A DNA stretch of 64,000 bases from Squalus acanthias (lineage: Eukaryota). The stretch spans positions 18,416,001 through 18,480,000 of the forward strand of contig CM059433.1 in assembly GCA_030390025.1 (NCBI GenBank), given 5' to 3'. This document shows, piece after piece, positions 24,649 to 38,190 of this stretch (position 1 is its first letter; each line of letters opens with the position of its first letter). The notes beneath the pieces are model-generated. The model was given only the letters and a program-made list of their open reading frames with translations, ran no database searches and was not told the DNA's origin. The position numbers and the translations under genes were made by a program.

Positions 24649-25739
24649 GTGGGGTAAGGGTAATATCTATTTTTATATGAAGGTTCTTTCAAAGTATGAG
24701 GAAGCCTGTGTCTGCGGTAGATGGTCTAACATTGGAACTCAGAATTCAGAGCATTTTCTATAATCTGCAATAAATGATATCCCTGGGCATCCTAATATGA
24801 AGAAATTGTAGTTCTTTTATCAGGCATTCACATGTTTCTCTCCATGTTTCCATACTTGATCTGATTAATAATGCTTTTTTTCTTTTAAATCAATTTTTAA
24901 GTTCAATTAAATATGGAAATCTAAACTGCGCTCATAATTTCATATATTAACTCAGTCAATCATGTCAGTGGCCAAACAATTGCTGACAGCTCAGTGGTCG
25001 TCTCAGTTTGAATCACTGACCTATTTGCCGCAGATTAATCTGCAGTCAGAAGAGACAAACAATGACATGTAGCCGCCCTCGGGTATACTTGTCAGGACTG
25101 AGATTAGGACGACACATGAATTGCTATTGGGCAAGAGCAGACTGCCACCCTGGTTCTGTTAATCTGTTTATTCTGCTTAGTACTAAAGAGGAGAAGCAGG
25201 GGGGAAATCTTGCTTTCAGTGTAGGCCCGTTGAATGCTTTTTCCTTTTTTTTTCAAACCGTTCGTCTTTTTTTAAAAGCAGGTGACAAAGTAAGAATGTC
25301 GAATGGTGATTTTTCCCTCCGTAAAGCAGAGGAAAGTATGTTTGAACACGTTTCCTAACTGGAGCAAAACTCGAAAAATGAGCTAGCCGTTGCTTATTTT
25401 GCCATTGGAATTGAGAATTAAAATTTACAATCCAGCCTAAACCTGCATCTTCAATAATTTGCTGATCTGGGATAATAGATGGTTTGTAATTATTTTCATA
25501 AACCTCTCAAATTATAATTTTAAATCAGCATAATAGATTAAATTGCTCCATTAAACTCAGGTGTCAGGCATTTGCTTGTATCATTTTTCTTAATGTATTT
25601 CCTCAAAAAATTCTGCGTTGAGTCTCCCTTGATAATTCAAAGTGTAAATTTGCAAAATTTGCTGTGCTCTTTGACGAGCCACAGTTAGCCTCTGTGTCCC
25701 GAGGTTGATTCTGATTGCTATCGAGTGACATTTTGTAAA

Positions 25740-25905
25740 TGCTAAGGGCAATATTGTCTTCAGCTGTGATGGTTCCCATGGTCTTGTAGCCTGCCAGTCT
25801 AGTGTCACACAAAGAATAGGCACGGAGCCATGGATGTCCTGGGATAGTACCCCAAACATGAGTCCTAATCTTCAGGAGCAGTGCAAGGGAAGAAAACTGG
25901 AGGGA
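25740..25905 (+). mobile_element. LF-SINE-like 3' relic
   Basis: cagctgtgatg...tagcctgcc...cacacaaagaat...gtaccccaaacatgagtc...cttcaggag. Confidence 0.5.
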
Positions 25906-26399
25906 AACTTTAAAAAGACACTACTGTCCTTTTTCTTCTATAGTTTCCATGTGCTTTAGTTCGTGCTCTTACTGATTTCGCTTCCAGGAGGTTTGTATGA
26001 GGCGACTTCTTCTGATTATCTTTACTCAGCTGCAATTAAGAACTTACAGGGAGTAATTGTCTTTCTTTAAAAATACTTGGCTATAAAATGTATACCTTTT
26101 TCTATGGCCAACCTTTATGTCTTTAACTTTTATTTTAAGACATTCTTTTACTTGTCTGCCACCTCTTTCGTTAATTTGCTTTCCGATATCCTTTTGGCAT
26201 TTCTGTGCAGCTATTTTTGGACACCCCAGCACATTGCAAATGAGAGGTTAATATTAGCTGCGCAGGGTTTTTTTTTGTGTAACTTTAAGTTCCTTCAGGC
26301 TGAAGAGCACATTGAAGTTGGAAACAATACAGCATCTCAGCACTGAATAGAACTTTAGATTCAACTTCAGAGAAAATGTGCCAGACTGGCTCTTTAGAG

Positions 26400-26990
26400 A
26401 GAACTTGTTTTTACATTCTAATGTGTTTTACAGCCAATTAATTACTTTTGCAATGAAGTCATGGTTGTTTTATAGGCGAAGACAACAGCCAATTTGAGCA
26501 CAGCAAGGTCTCAGTGAGATGAATGACAAGTTCAGGGGAGTTCTCCTTTGGAGTCCTGGTCAACATTTATCCCTCAAACAATACCATCAAAAAACAGATG
26601 AACTTGTCATTCAATCTATTCCGTCTGAGTCCAAGTCAATAAGGCTGACATTTCAGTGCCATGCATTATTGGAGGTATCTTTCAGACCTTGTTAAATCAG
26701 GACCTTGTCTGCCTGTTTAGGTGAACACAAAGATCTTATGGCACTATTTAAAGAGGCGCAGCGAGTTCTCCCGGAATCCTGGCCAACCTTCATCCCTCAA
26801 CCAATGCCACCAAAAACACATTTTTATGCCATTTGCTGTTTGTAGTACCAAGATGTACCCAAATTGCTGCTTCAGTTGCCTGCAAAATAAAAAAGTGACT
26901 TTGCTTCAAAGGTAATTCATTGGTTAGGGTGCACTTTTGGGATAGCCTGCGGATGTGAAAGGCGCTATATAAGTGAAAGTTTTTTTTCTT
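26400..26990. mobile_element. Old, diverged Deu-domain SINE fragments in both orientations
   Basis: A - strand tail at about 26400-26520, then + strand aagatcttatggcactattt...gtgaaaggcgctatataagtg. Confidence 0.6.
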
Positions 26991-29500
26991 GCTTTTACAG
27001 TAGGAGATTATTGTTCTATAAAATTATATTGCTATTCATAGCTAATTCAGCAACACAACCGTATAGTGTTTGACCAAACTTCTATTTTGCATATAACCTA
27101 GAATTTGCTTGCATAGAATTGAACGTAAAGGTTAAGAGTAGCATGTGACCAAGGGGGGAGAAATGGAGATGGCATTTGCAATTGTCCATCACAAGGACAT
27201 TGAGGGACTTTTGACATAAGAATATGGAAGCAACTAATACAAAGTGTTCCAGGTTCGGATGTCTCCAGATCAGCATCTAGATGGGTACCAGATGTTACTT
27301 TTCGGAGTAAGTGCTACTGGATACATCCATGATGTATATGATAAAAATGGCAGCTAGATGTTGGGGAAGACCAGAACTTTGAGGAAGAAGCAAATTTTTT
27401 ATTAATGGAGCTATCTTAAAGTTATGTAGAACATTCCTTTATATAGATTGTGAGGGATATTTTATGCTGAGAAGTATTTCCCTCCACACCTCTTCCATTC
27501 TTAAATTAAAACTTTTTTTTACATTTATGAACCACATTGAGCTGGAGAGTACATTTGAATCACATACGTCTGTAATTTGGATTGGAAGAATGTGTACACA
27601 GTATTATAAGATTAATTTCTTACAAAGCTCCACTTCAATAAGCAGGCCAGCCATGGATTGGGTGGCCTATTGCAGGTTTATCATCTCATGCGCATTTAGC
27701 TCTGCATTACTTTCTGCTGACTTTTTAAACAGCAGGGACTGCTAATAATGTTTGACTATTGGAAATATCTCTAGGGGATTCGGTAAGTGTTGTGTGCACT
27801 TGGAAGGAATGGAGTTTATCAGTCAGTTGATGTAACTGGTAAAGCTCTAACAATCCAGTGTTATTTATCGCCAGTAGCTACATGCAATCAGCTAGATAAG
27901 CCAAACATTTGACATGATAAAATGTACTTAATAGAATTTTGTAAGGTTGAATATATTTGAAAATGATGAAGCTAAGATTAATTCAATTGTGTGTTATAAT
28001 GTATAATAATTCCCTTCCACTGGAATCTAGGCAGTTCTTCAGATCTGATTAGAAGCAGTAATGATTTTTACATTAATGTTTTGGTTTCCGATTTAACGTA
28101 CTGTGCAGGGCTGGGCATGGCATTGCACAAAAAGGGTTGGGTTAGTTTAATTACAGAAGACTAAATCCAATCACAGTTGAGGCATGAAAATGCAATCTCT
28201 AACAGGCATCTAGTCCACGCACAATACTGAAACAACCATTGAAATGGGGGGCCCTTTGTCATAGAATCATAGTTCATTCACCACCCTAACTAGAGTGGTT
28301 TTAAATACAACCTTTAAAAACTATAAGTGTTTGTTTTAATCTCAAAGCGTTGGTAGTTATAGTCTTCAGATAGCTCTTCCATGTTCATTCTTTGTGAGCA
28401 CTTCGTATTGCAGCCAAAAGCAAGTATTTTCCAGCATTGTTAACAACTGCTTTGAGCACTATCCTTGTTTATATTCTCAAACTCTATTATTTAATTTTAA
28501 TATTCCTGCAGTGCTTTGCTTCAGAGGATCATTATTGCATCTTGAGCATGGAAAAAAAAAAAGTTTGTTTTGTTTGACGATCAGATTGTTATACTTTTCC
28601 TGCGGCAATCTTGCAAAACTAGATGGCCAATTCCTGCTGGAATTAATGGCAATCATTTTGTGGGAGTGAAAGAGTTAAATTGAGGATTGGGAACAGAAGC
28701 TGAGTGGTGTAATTCAGCTGGATCTGCTGAGAACAATGTGTGCAGTTTGGGAAAAGTTTAGACGCAGAACATAATTATATAGCTAACCATTTCTACCAGC
28801 TGTTCTGTATAAAGCAGAATATATTGAGATTTAAAACCACACAACCTTTCAGTTCCTGTTGTGGTTGTACATGATGCAGGATGTGAGATTATAACTCTAA
28901 TTTGAAACTGGAATTTCAAATATGCTTTTCAAAATTAGAGGTATAGATTTGTCGGATCATGTTAGAAAAGTGAAGGTGGCCTTAGACGGATGTAATTCAG
29001 GTGCTGAAATTACAACTTACAGGAGCTCTTGCTGTAACTTTTAGAGAATAGTGCAACTTTACAGTGTGTCTCATCTTGGCATGAAGCAATGTGGACTTCA
29101 ATTTGAAGCTTCCCTGGAAATGCATCAAAATCCATGTGCGTCTGACGAGCCTCAGGGAATGCAAGTAGACGGAACGAAGGCTCCTTGACTTTCCAAAACC
29201 ATTTTGTTTCTTATTTATAAAGCTAGCTGGACTAATGATTTTCTACACCAACTGCACTGTTGCATTATATTTACTCATCCCTATGGAAACATTTCTTTTG
29301 CCAGGCAGTACATGTCTGAATCGGACACAGTTCAAAAAGTTTGACGTACAGTTTGGCACAAACCAACAAGAGACTCTAGCCTTGGTTTTCACCATTCCTG
29401 GCAGTGGTGTAAAGCTTTAGTTTTGTACTGATGGTAAGTGAGGAGAGGAAAATCCGAGAGCAAGTTTAATTCGGCAGCTCTTGTGCTCTCTTTAACTGTA

Positions 29501-29767
29501 CAGGAATCCCGCCCCAACCGCGGTTTTGCCCTACGCGGATTTCAAGTATACACGGTTTCCTCTCTGCGACAACTTTTGCCAACCGCGGCAGTGAATTTTG
29601 CGTATACGCGGTTTTTAATTTAGGATTACGGTAAATAACATGATTTTATTGCTTTTATATTTTTTTATTGTGTTATTTGAACATTTATACTGTATTTGCC
29701 AACCGTGGTTTTACTAACCACGGGGGTTTTCAGGGACGTCTCCCTCACGGTTGGGGAGGGATTCCTG
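29501..29767. mobile_element. Tc1/mariner-type MITE
   Basis: TA|CAGGAATCCCGCCCCAACCG ... CGGTTGGGGAGGGATTCCTG|TA. Confidence 0.9.
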
Positions 29768-31378
29768 TATTAGCAAAGTCAAAGAAATGGGTCACTTTTT
29801 CTGGCTCCGAAAGATGTGCCATGTCATGAAACAATGGAGAGAAAAATTGTATGTTTGAGAGGGGAGGAAAGAGGATTCTTGGATTAATGTTTAAGACGGT
29901 CAAAAGAACATGCAGGAAAACAGCAGCTGTGAAACCCAGAAAATGAATCTTTTCTCTCTTATGCTGCCCTGCACATATTTAATTCTGTTTGAATTTTTAA
30001 GGTTTTTAGTGTTTTCGGTAAGTCACTGCGGTTTGGTTTGGATTGAAGGCTGCGCTTCCGCCTGGGTATAAAGCGTTGCAGACACAAAGTGGAAAATCGG
30101 GCGGGCTGCTTTATAGGCAACCCTTCCCATATAATTTTCCTCCATCCATTTCCCTCAGGCAGTACCTTATGCCCAGGCACTAAAGATGAAAATCCATCCC
30201 CATAAATCTGTGGCAACTGAAATAAAAGCCATTTAACCTAAGAGATGGTTAACACTTTCACTGATGGCTCGGAGTTACTTGTAATAAAAGGTTGCGATTG
30301 GTTCCAATTCAATTATCCAATACTGTTAATGTAAAAACAAAGAAAATATGGAATGAGAAAAGACTATCCAGTCCATTGTCTCCACAGACACGAGTAGATT
30401 TTGCTGCATTGTGAACTTTGTCTAACTTGTTCAAGCTCATGAAGGCAGGCAACCAACAAAGAAAGGAGAACTCTGTGAAATGTCTCCCCAATTTTACAGT
30501 AATCAATCCAGTGTTGCAAACCACAGTATATTTAACTTGATCCAGTTGCATTCCACTGATGATTCATCTTCAGCTCCATCTACACAGGAAACACTGTGTT
30601 CCACATACGATTCAATAATGCGTGTCCATCCTCCATAACCTTTAGTAATATCCTTTAACAAAAAAGGGCTTTGTTGACATAGCATTGAACTGATTTTGCT
30701 GAAAGTCTACAGGAGAGGGTTTGAAGCTTCTTCAGCCCTGGGCATCCAACTTGAGGGTTACTAATATCACATTTGTATCCTTTAGTTGTGCAGTCACAGT
30801 CCAAGCTAAATAACCTTTTACTATTGCAAAATATGTATGTTCATTTACACTTTTATTTACATCAGAGTAAGTTTTGTAAGCATTTATGGGCATTTAATTT
30901 TTCTTTTATTTAAGAAATAAACTTTATACAGTCTAATTGTACTCGACCATAAGTCCTAATTCCAAAATGTGGTATGCTGGCCCCAATTAATCCACGAGCA
31001 CCATCCATTATTTTCTCATGTTGCAGTTCTATTGCAGAACTGCTCAGGAAGCAGTTCTACATTCTTGGCTGCAGCTCCGGGTGCTGTAGGAAACTGTCCA
31101 TTGATATTGCAGGGTGGTTTCTACAGCATAGAATTCACATTTACACAAGCTGTTGCTTGAAAGCCACCGTCTGCAACGTTTTGCTTGGTGCGGTTTGAAG
31201 ATGGTGCTGTGCAGGCCACTAGGAGCAAAATCATTTTGCCAAACTGTGGAACAGGAGATTCAAATATATGGCTGCCTCTGCTGGCGAGCGCCGTCTCCAA
31301 CGGTGTCTTATTTTCTTTACTGTGACCACAATCTGCAGTCAGCCACAAGGTAAATGGTCTTATACGATACACTTTACG

Positions 31379-31770
31379 AGGTACGGTAGCATAGTGGTTA
31401 TGCTACTGGACTAGTCACCCAGAGGCCTGGACTTCCCATCCCGAGAACACAAGTTGAAAACCCACCATGGCAGCTTGAGAATTTTGGATTCAGGTTTCAA
31501 AATAAAATCTGGTAATAAAAAGCTGGTATCAGTAAAAAAAAAAAAAATGACCCTGAAGCTGTTGGATTGTTGTAAAAACCCAACTGGTTCACTAAATGTC
31601 CTTCAGGGAAGGGAACCTTCCATCCTTACCCGGTCCGTCCTATATGTGACTCCAGCCCCACACCAGCATCGTTGACTCTTGCCTATCTTCTGAAGTGACT
31701 TAGCAAGCCAGTCAGTACAGAGCAACTAGCGATGGTCTTGCCAGTGACGCCCACATCCCGTGAATGAATT
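31379..31770 (+). mobile_element. tRNA-derived SINE with a LINE-family-2 tail
   Basis: Homologous to 17749-18080; ends gccagtgacgcccacatcccgtgaatgaat. Confidence 0.8.
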
Positions 31771-32173
31771 TTTAAAACCTGATGTCAGTGGTTCACATGA
31801 AAGTAAATGACTGATCTACTTGAGCAGCAGCTGCGCAAACTATATAAAATAGTAGGCAACCTAAAGCCTGTTGCTGTGATTAGTAAGCAGCCTGATTTGC
31901 TCATTATTGTAAAAAGCAAAGACAGAAGCTTCTGAAGAGAAGTAAGGGGCCCTTATTCTATAGTCAAAACTGAAAACAAATTAAACAGCAAGTTATTTTA
32001 GAGTATTTTTCCATTTTTAATAAATAAAAAAATCCACCCTCGGACACCAACAATAATGCTTCTTGCACTAAAACAATAGCTGGCCTATTATAGGGTCCTG
32101 TGTTAAATGTGGCACTAGAATGGAAGGGTTAGCTCCTGTTCTGAGACTTAGAAAGAAAAAAACTAGACATAAT

Positions 32174-32894
32174 GGCCCAGAAATTGATCTCGCTCTGTTC
32201 CCGCGGGGGTAAGGCTTCCCCGCGATCTCTCACTCCGCGTGTGCATTTTCAGATCCAGCTCGCACGAACTTGATGATCCAGACATCAGCTGGGCAGTGCT
32301 TGCGTATCCCACCGGCGTAGTGAATTCGTGCGAGCTGTGGGATCACGTGACTCAGTTAGAGCCAATGGCAGCACACCATCTTCCATTCATAAGTTTCACA
32401 TACGTGCTGTGAAATCTATGAATCTTACACCCCCCCAAAATAACAGCTAAACCTCAATTAAATTTTAAAAAAAACCATCACATTAATAAAATAAGTATAG
32501 TTAAATAAATTAACCATTTTAAATAAAAAATTAAATTTTTGAAAAAATTTTAAATCTTTTAAAAAGTTATAAAAATAAACTTACCTGTCTTTAAAGTCTC
32601 TAAAAAAGATATACCTGTTAAAAATTCAAAAAAATACTTAATTCACTACTTACCTTGTTAAAAGTGGGTCTTACTCCTCCTTTTTCCATTTCTAAAATCT
32701 TCCATACTAACCTGCGCGTCCAAAGCATGAAGTGGCTGCGCGCACGCGATGCACCGAGGAACCGCCCCCTTTTCAAAAGACCAATTGCCGGTTTTCAGCG
32801 CATGCGCAAGGCATGCAGAAAACCGGCAATTGGAGTGGGAATACGCGAGAGTACGCAGTGCGTACTCTCGCATCGCGGGATCAATTTCTGGGCC
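32174..32894. mobile_element. Harbinger-type MITE (GGCCC termini)
   Basis: TIR GGCCCAGAAATTGATC / GATCAATTTCTGGGCC; flanks AAT/ATT; inverted homolog at 59195-59937. Confidence 0.85.
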
Positions 32895-33960
32895 ATTGTG
32901 AATGAATCACTCGGGTGTGGCATCCACATCTTCTATTACAAAGTTACAAGTCAAATTTAGGCAACATTCAGAGATTACCTTATAGGACATTAGCATCTAC
33001 TCCTGTATTTGGACCTTCTGCATAATCACAATTAACTGGGGGAAGGGTTAAATATGTGGAGGTTTTTTTTATATGGAAGGCGATATAAGAATGAAACATT
33101 CACCACAGAGAATGCAAAGCCACTGAAATTCATACGGTGTGAATGAATTATGTTACATATTTTGCTTTTTAAACCGAACATGCCTATTATAAGGCGGTAT
33201 AAGCTTCCAGTTAATTTCTCCTCCTCATATGTTCTGCAATTTATGTGGGTTTCATTGTGGTTTAAAATCTAAGCATGTACGAGTCGCCATATTTATTGGT
33301 TTTCGTGGTTTGCAATTGGATTGGAAAAATAATGTAATTCTGATAAACGTGTGCATTCTTGTTCAGTACTGTAACTCCTTCCAGTTTCTGGTGACGATAC
33401 ATACATGTAGAGGATAATCTGATATCACAAACAGAAGCCCATTGCTACAAAATCTAAACAGAAGCTAATAAACTAGCTTTTAACACGGGTAAAATAATTT
33501 GTCTGCTTACTCAACTGCCAACAATATATGGTTTTGATTTACAAAAGGAACCGTTTTTAAATGTAGATTATGTGATTCTTTCCATAATTTTTTAAAGCTG
33601 CCCTCGAGACTGGCAACTATTTTGCATGTGACGCTATTGGTTGCGGGTGTTGGTAAATTATATATTTTAGTTTTAAAGATAGATTATAGAAATGTTAGAG
33701 GCATTCTTCTTTCATTTCTAATAGGAAAAAGTGTAAGGAAGAAAAATTAAATGAACGTGGTACTCAAATCAACTGCAATGAACACTTAGAGATTTCTGGA
33801 TTAATTCATGAAATGTTGTTCTATTGTGTCTTGGCGCAGGACACCACAAACAACAAAAAGTTTACATTTAAAATAAAGTTTGCTGTTCTGAACTGAGCCA
33901 TTTTTCATGTGAATGTAGAAACTTTTTTAAAATTACTTTCTCTCAATTCCTCTGTTGAAG

Positions 33961-34103
33961 ATGGATCTTGGATTGCTGATTCACCAAAAGTGCTGAAACT
34001 TAGTGACCTGCCAGTGAAAATCATTCTTGTAATGGAAGACACACTCTGGACTGCTTCTGGTGGACAGGTGTTCATCATCAGCACCAAGACCCACACTGTG
34101 GAG
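33961..34103 (+). CDS. ARHGEF10: ARHGEF10 internal exon D (DGSWIADSPKVLKL...MEDTLWTASGGQVFIISTKTHTVE)
   Basis: Acceptor tgaag| and donor |gtaatt; 143 nt, phase 1/0. G+AT gives Asp across the C-D junction. Confidence 0.95.
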
Positions 34104-35333
34104 GTAATTGGAAAACTTTTTAAACCAACTTTTACAAAAGGTTTTGCCGTGTGGTGGTTTGCCCCAACGCCGCAGGAGGCCAACTTCTGGAGGCCCCTCC
34201 CCCCACGACCTCGCGAACTTTGCAGGAGTCAGCGTAGGAGTTCTGCGGCCGATGCGATCCCAGCATAACTACAGAGAACACACCCCTGCAGATTTTTTAG
34301 GGCTCGTGTGCTTTCCTTTTAGGGGACAGAGGAAATTAGAAATTGTCACCCCACCCAATATGACTGGGCAACCCGGGTGTGTAAAGGGTCAGCTGTCCAT
34401 ATATTTAGTCAAGGAATGGTGGTGTAGGGTTTTCTTATTTCTTTATTGGCTCAAAAGGTAAGAATCAAACGAGAATTCATAATCGGTTTTCTAATTTTAT
34501 TGACTAAGACGCAACAGATTTCCAGATGACATGCCTTGCGACCTTATCCAGGGAACACAACTCCGAACCAAAGGTGATCAGAACCTAGTTCTGGGAGAGT
34601 AGATGGGGTTAATTTTTCATCAGCGAATTCTTCTTTGAATGCTTCTTGCGGGATCCTGCAAATCACTGTCTGGTTTTTATATCTTTTTTCTCTTTGTCTG
34701 TTACTGGGCAGAACAGTTTGTTTTCCTCTCCGTTCCCACGGTCCAGCAGACAGCTATCTCATCCTTTACCTTGTTTATCTCTCATTGTCCTTGGACAGTA
34801 CAGTAAGCTACAGAAAATCTTTCTCAAGGCAGCTTGGAGCAATAACAAGTTTCAGCATACTCTCTGATTTTGGTCAAGTTCCCATAGTCCTTTGCTCCAT
34901 TGGCGTTTCGATCCATTCCTCGGTAGGCTATTGAATTAGTCTGCCTGTGTTTTTGCTTTGCTTGTATGGGCTGTATGATTGACGCTTTATTTGTTGTTTA
35001 TACTTTTAACCCATTATGTTCTTTTACCACGTATTCACCCTGCTGATCCAGCACTTCCTCGGGGGTGGGGGGAGGAGGCACTGCCATCAACTGAAGTGGA
35101 AATCTGTGTTTCTGCGGCCTTTAGAGGCAGTATGAACCATAAAGGAGCAGGGACAATAGAAGCTCCAGGACTGAGATGTCAAGGTGTGTGAATTTTCTGA
35201 TGCATCAAATCGAAAATAATAAGTGCCAGCTGCAGATCAGTTTTGGAAAGTGTTAAAGTTAATTATAGCCAGCCAAAAGTTGTTTTTAGTTAGATAGTTT
35301 TTTAATGAAATGGGACACACCCCTGTCAATATA

Positions 35334-35748
35334 TCATCATCGAATGATACAGCACAGAAGGAGACCATTTGGCACATTGTGCCTGTGCCAGCTCTTTGAG
35401 AGAGCTGGCCAATTAGTCCCATTCCCCTGTTCTTTCCCCATAGCCCTGAAAAATGTTCCCTTCAAGTATTTATCCAACTCACTTTTGAAAGTTACTATTG
35501 AATCTGCTTCCACCGCCCTTTCTGGCAGTGCATTCCAGATCATCATAACTCGCTGCATTCATTTTTTTTTTCCTCGTGCTGCCTCTGGTTCTTTTGCCAC
35601 TCACCTTAAATCTGCGTCCTCTGGTTACTGACCCTTCTGCCACTGGAAACAGTTTCTCCTTATTTACTCTATCAGAACCCTTCATGATTTTGAACACCTC
35701 TATTAAATCTCCCCTTCACCTTCTCTAATGTCTTCACATAACTGAAGT
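35334..35748 (-). mobile_element. CR1 LINE 3' fragment
   Basis: FKIMKGSDRVNKEKLFP...TRG; QRVMMIWNALP. Confidence 0.85.
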
Positions 35749-35796
35749 GTGCTGTTGTGGCATGGAAGGGTTGTCAGCAGCAACACAAGTGGGATT

Positions 35797-36503
35797 AATT
35801 CATTCACGGGGTGTGGGCGTCGTTGGCAAGGCCAGCATTTATTGGCAATCCCTAATTGCCCTCGAGAAGGTGGTGGTGAGCTGCCGCCTTGAACTGCTGC
35901 AGTCCGTGTGGTGAAGGTACTCCCACAGTGCTGTCAGGGAGGGAGTTCCAGGATTTTGACCCAGCGACGATGTTAGTAACGGCGATATATTTCCAAGTCA
36001 GGATGGCGTGTGACTTGGAGGTGATGGCATTCCCACGCACCTGCTGCCCTTGTCCTTCTAGGTGGAAGAGTTCGTGGGTTTAGGAGGTGCTGTCGAAGAA
36101 GCCTTGGTGAGTTGCTGCAGTGCATCTTGTAGATGGTACACTGCAGCCACAGTGCACCGGTGGTGGAGGAGTGAATGTTTAGTGGTGGATGGGGTGCCAA
36201 TCAAGCAGACTGCATTGTCCTGGATGGTTTCGAGCTTCTTGAGTGTTGTTGGAGCTACACTCATCCAGGCAAGTGGAGAGTATTCCATCACACTCCTTAC
36301 TTGTGCCTTGTAGATGGTGGAAAGGCTTTGGGGGAGTCAAGAGGTGAGTCACTCGCCGCAGAATACCCAGCCTCTGACCTGCTCTTGGTAGCCACAGTAT
36401 TTACGTGGCTGATCTTGTTAAGTTTCTGGTCAAAAGTGACCCCTAGGATGTTGATGGTGGGGGATTTGACAATGATAATGCCATTGAATGTCAAGGGTAG
36501 GTG
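35797..36503 (-). mobile_element. LINE family 2, 3' fragment with RT C-terminal residues
   Basis: SPTINILGVTFDQKL and MEYSPLAWMS.APTTLKKLETIQ, plus the shared tail. Confidence 0.85.
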
Positions 36504-36649
36504 GTTTCACAGTAAAGATGTTATTTTTTGAGGTGGGAATTTATTATTTTTTGGATTGGTTGAAAGGATGTTATTCAGGGAGGAATGTAATAGTGGATTA
36601 GTCCGGTGGAGGAAGGATTCCTGGTGAATGGTTAGGAAAGTACTTGCAT

Positions 36650-37640
36650 CTCCAGAGAAAGTGTCAAATAGAGACCGGCAGATGCCTCTGCAGCTCTCGA
36701 GGCTTCTATAACTCCGGCTCCTTCTCTGGCTCTGACTCTTGGTGCTTCTTTCTCAGTTACTTCACAGGGTTTTCTTCTTGCGCTTCTTCCACTGGACTAC
36801 TCTCCATGGCCATATTATGGAGACACCAGCAGAAAGCGATGATCTAGGAGACCTCGGCTGGACAGTGGTGCAGTGCAACCCTGGAACAGTCATGGCAGTA
36901 GAATTGATGCTTTAGGATTCCAACTGTGTGCTCAGTGATGGCCCCGGTTGTAGAATGAGCATCATTGCAGCCATGCTCAGGCGCTGTATTAATATTCAAA
37001 AGGTTGGCATCAGCCAGCATGTGAGGAGATACCCTTTATCTGCCAAGAGTCATCCCTTCACAGCAGAGGGATCCTCAAAGATACCAGGAAGTGTGGAGTA
37101 CCTCATGATGAATGAATCAAGCGCTGGGCTTGGAAGTTTCACATTCACTCGCCTGATTCGATGGTGGTAATCACAAATTATCTGGGCATTGACTGAATCA
37201 AACCTCTTGTGATTACTGTACAGTGCACATCTTGCCAGAAGAGCTCTGAAGGTCACATGGGTGCCATGCACTCTGGGGAAGCCTGATATATGTGGAAGGG
37301 CTCTTTTCCGCTGCTGTTGTGGGGTAAAGGACAAGCTGCTGATGTGTTCGTCCCTGTTAAAAATGGTCATTGTGGCCTGGGTTATGCACCTGTAAACAGC
37401 AGACTGATGCTGCTCAGATAACCTGCTGCATCCTGCAAGTTGCAAAAAATATTGAGGGACATTGTGACCTTGACTTCCACAGATAGAGCAGTGCCTATCT
37501 GGGAACATGGCTGAAGGTCTCCATATTAGCTTGCCACATCTTTGGGGATCTCAAGCAATATGCAATCTGGGGGATATGGCTGAATTGGATCCCTTCTCCT
37601 GTGGTGCCTTCTCTCCCAGTCATCTATCTCAGCCTTTGCT
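36650..37640 (-). pseudogene. PIF/Harbinger (HARBI1-like, DDE_Tnp_4) transposase pseudogene
   Basis: QSAVYRCI...SGFPRVHGTHV...NHKRFDSVNAQIICD...DSFIMRYS, then by hand LLADKGY...WLMP and EHTVGILK...IIAFCWCLHNMA. Contains stops and frameshifts, and the GAIDCTH motif is partly deleted. Confidence 0.85.
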
Positions 37641-38069
37641 TCATCTCCCTTCTCTTCCTCCTCCAAGTATGTTAAATATAAGGGTATTCCAAATGGTGCT
37701 CCCACTTATTTTTCTACTGGTGGACGTTGCAGAATAAATTAAGCCGCCTTGCCCGGGACCAGGAGCATTACCGGAACCTTTATAGACACTTTCAGACACA
37801 GCAGAATGAATTGGAAGACAATATACCAAAGTTTCAACACTTACTGGAGTGTAGCAGCCTGGTGCTAATGGAGGAAATTTGTGTACAAAGACCTCTGATA
37901 TTCATTTGCATTCAAGTGTAGATGCCAGAAAAAACGGAGGAATTTTGTGTGTAGTGTTATTGAGGAGCAAAACCGGAGCAAAGGATTTAGCACCCTTTTT
38001 CCTCTATGTTACATTCACTTTTTTGGGTGCTGTTTGGTAGAAGAAAGTTGGCCCTATTTAATCTTGACT

Positions 38070-38190
38070 TCACCTGACGAAGGAGCAGCGCTCCGAAAGC
38101 TTGTGATTTCAAATAAAGCTGTTGGACTATAACCTGGTGTTGTGCGACTTCTCACATTTGTCCACCCCAGTCCAACACCGGCATCTCCAC
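38070..38190 (+). mobile_element. Short Penelope-like insert (family B); hammerhead motif at 38070-38106
   Basis: Near-identical to 13578-13700; imperfect direct flanks atcttgactt / atcttggctt. Confidence 0.75.

Noticed and set aside
29142..29190. Other CTGANGA hits (also near 1151, 8600 and 63935)
   Set aside because: They lack a helix II plus GAAA and helix I pairing, so they are not hammerheads.
34344..35053. Possible solo LTR (TG start, LTR-like composition)
   Set aside because: No matching TSD, defined end or second copy in the window.
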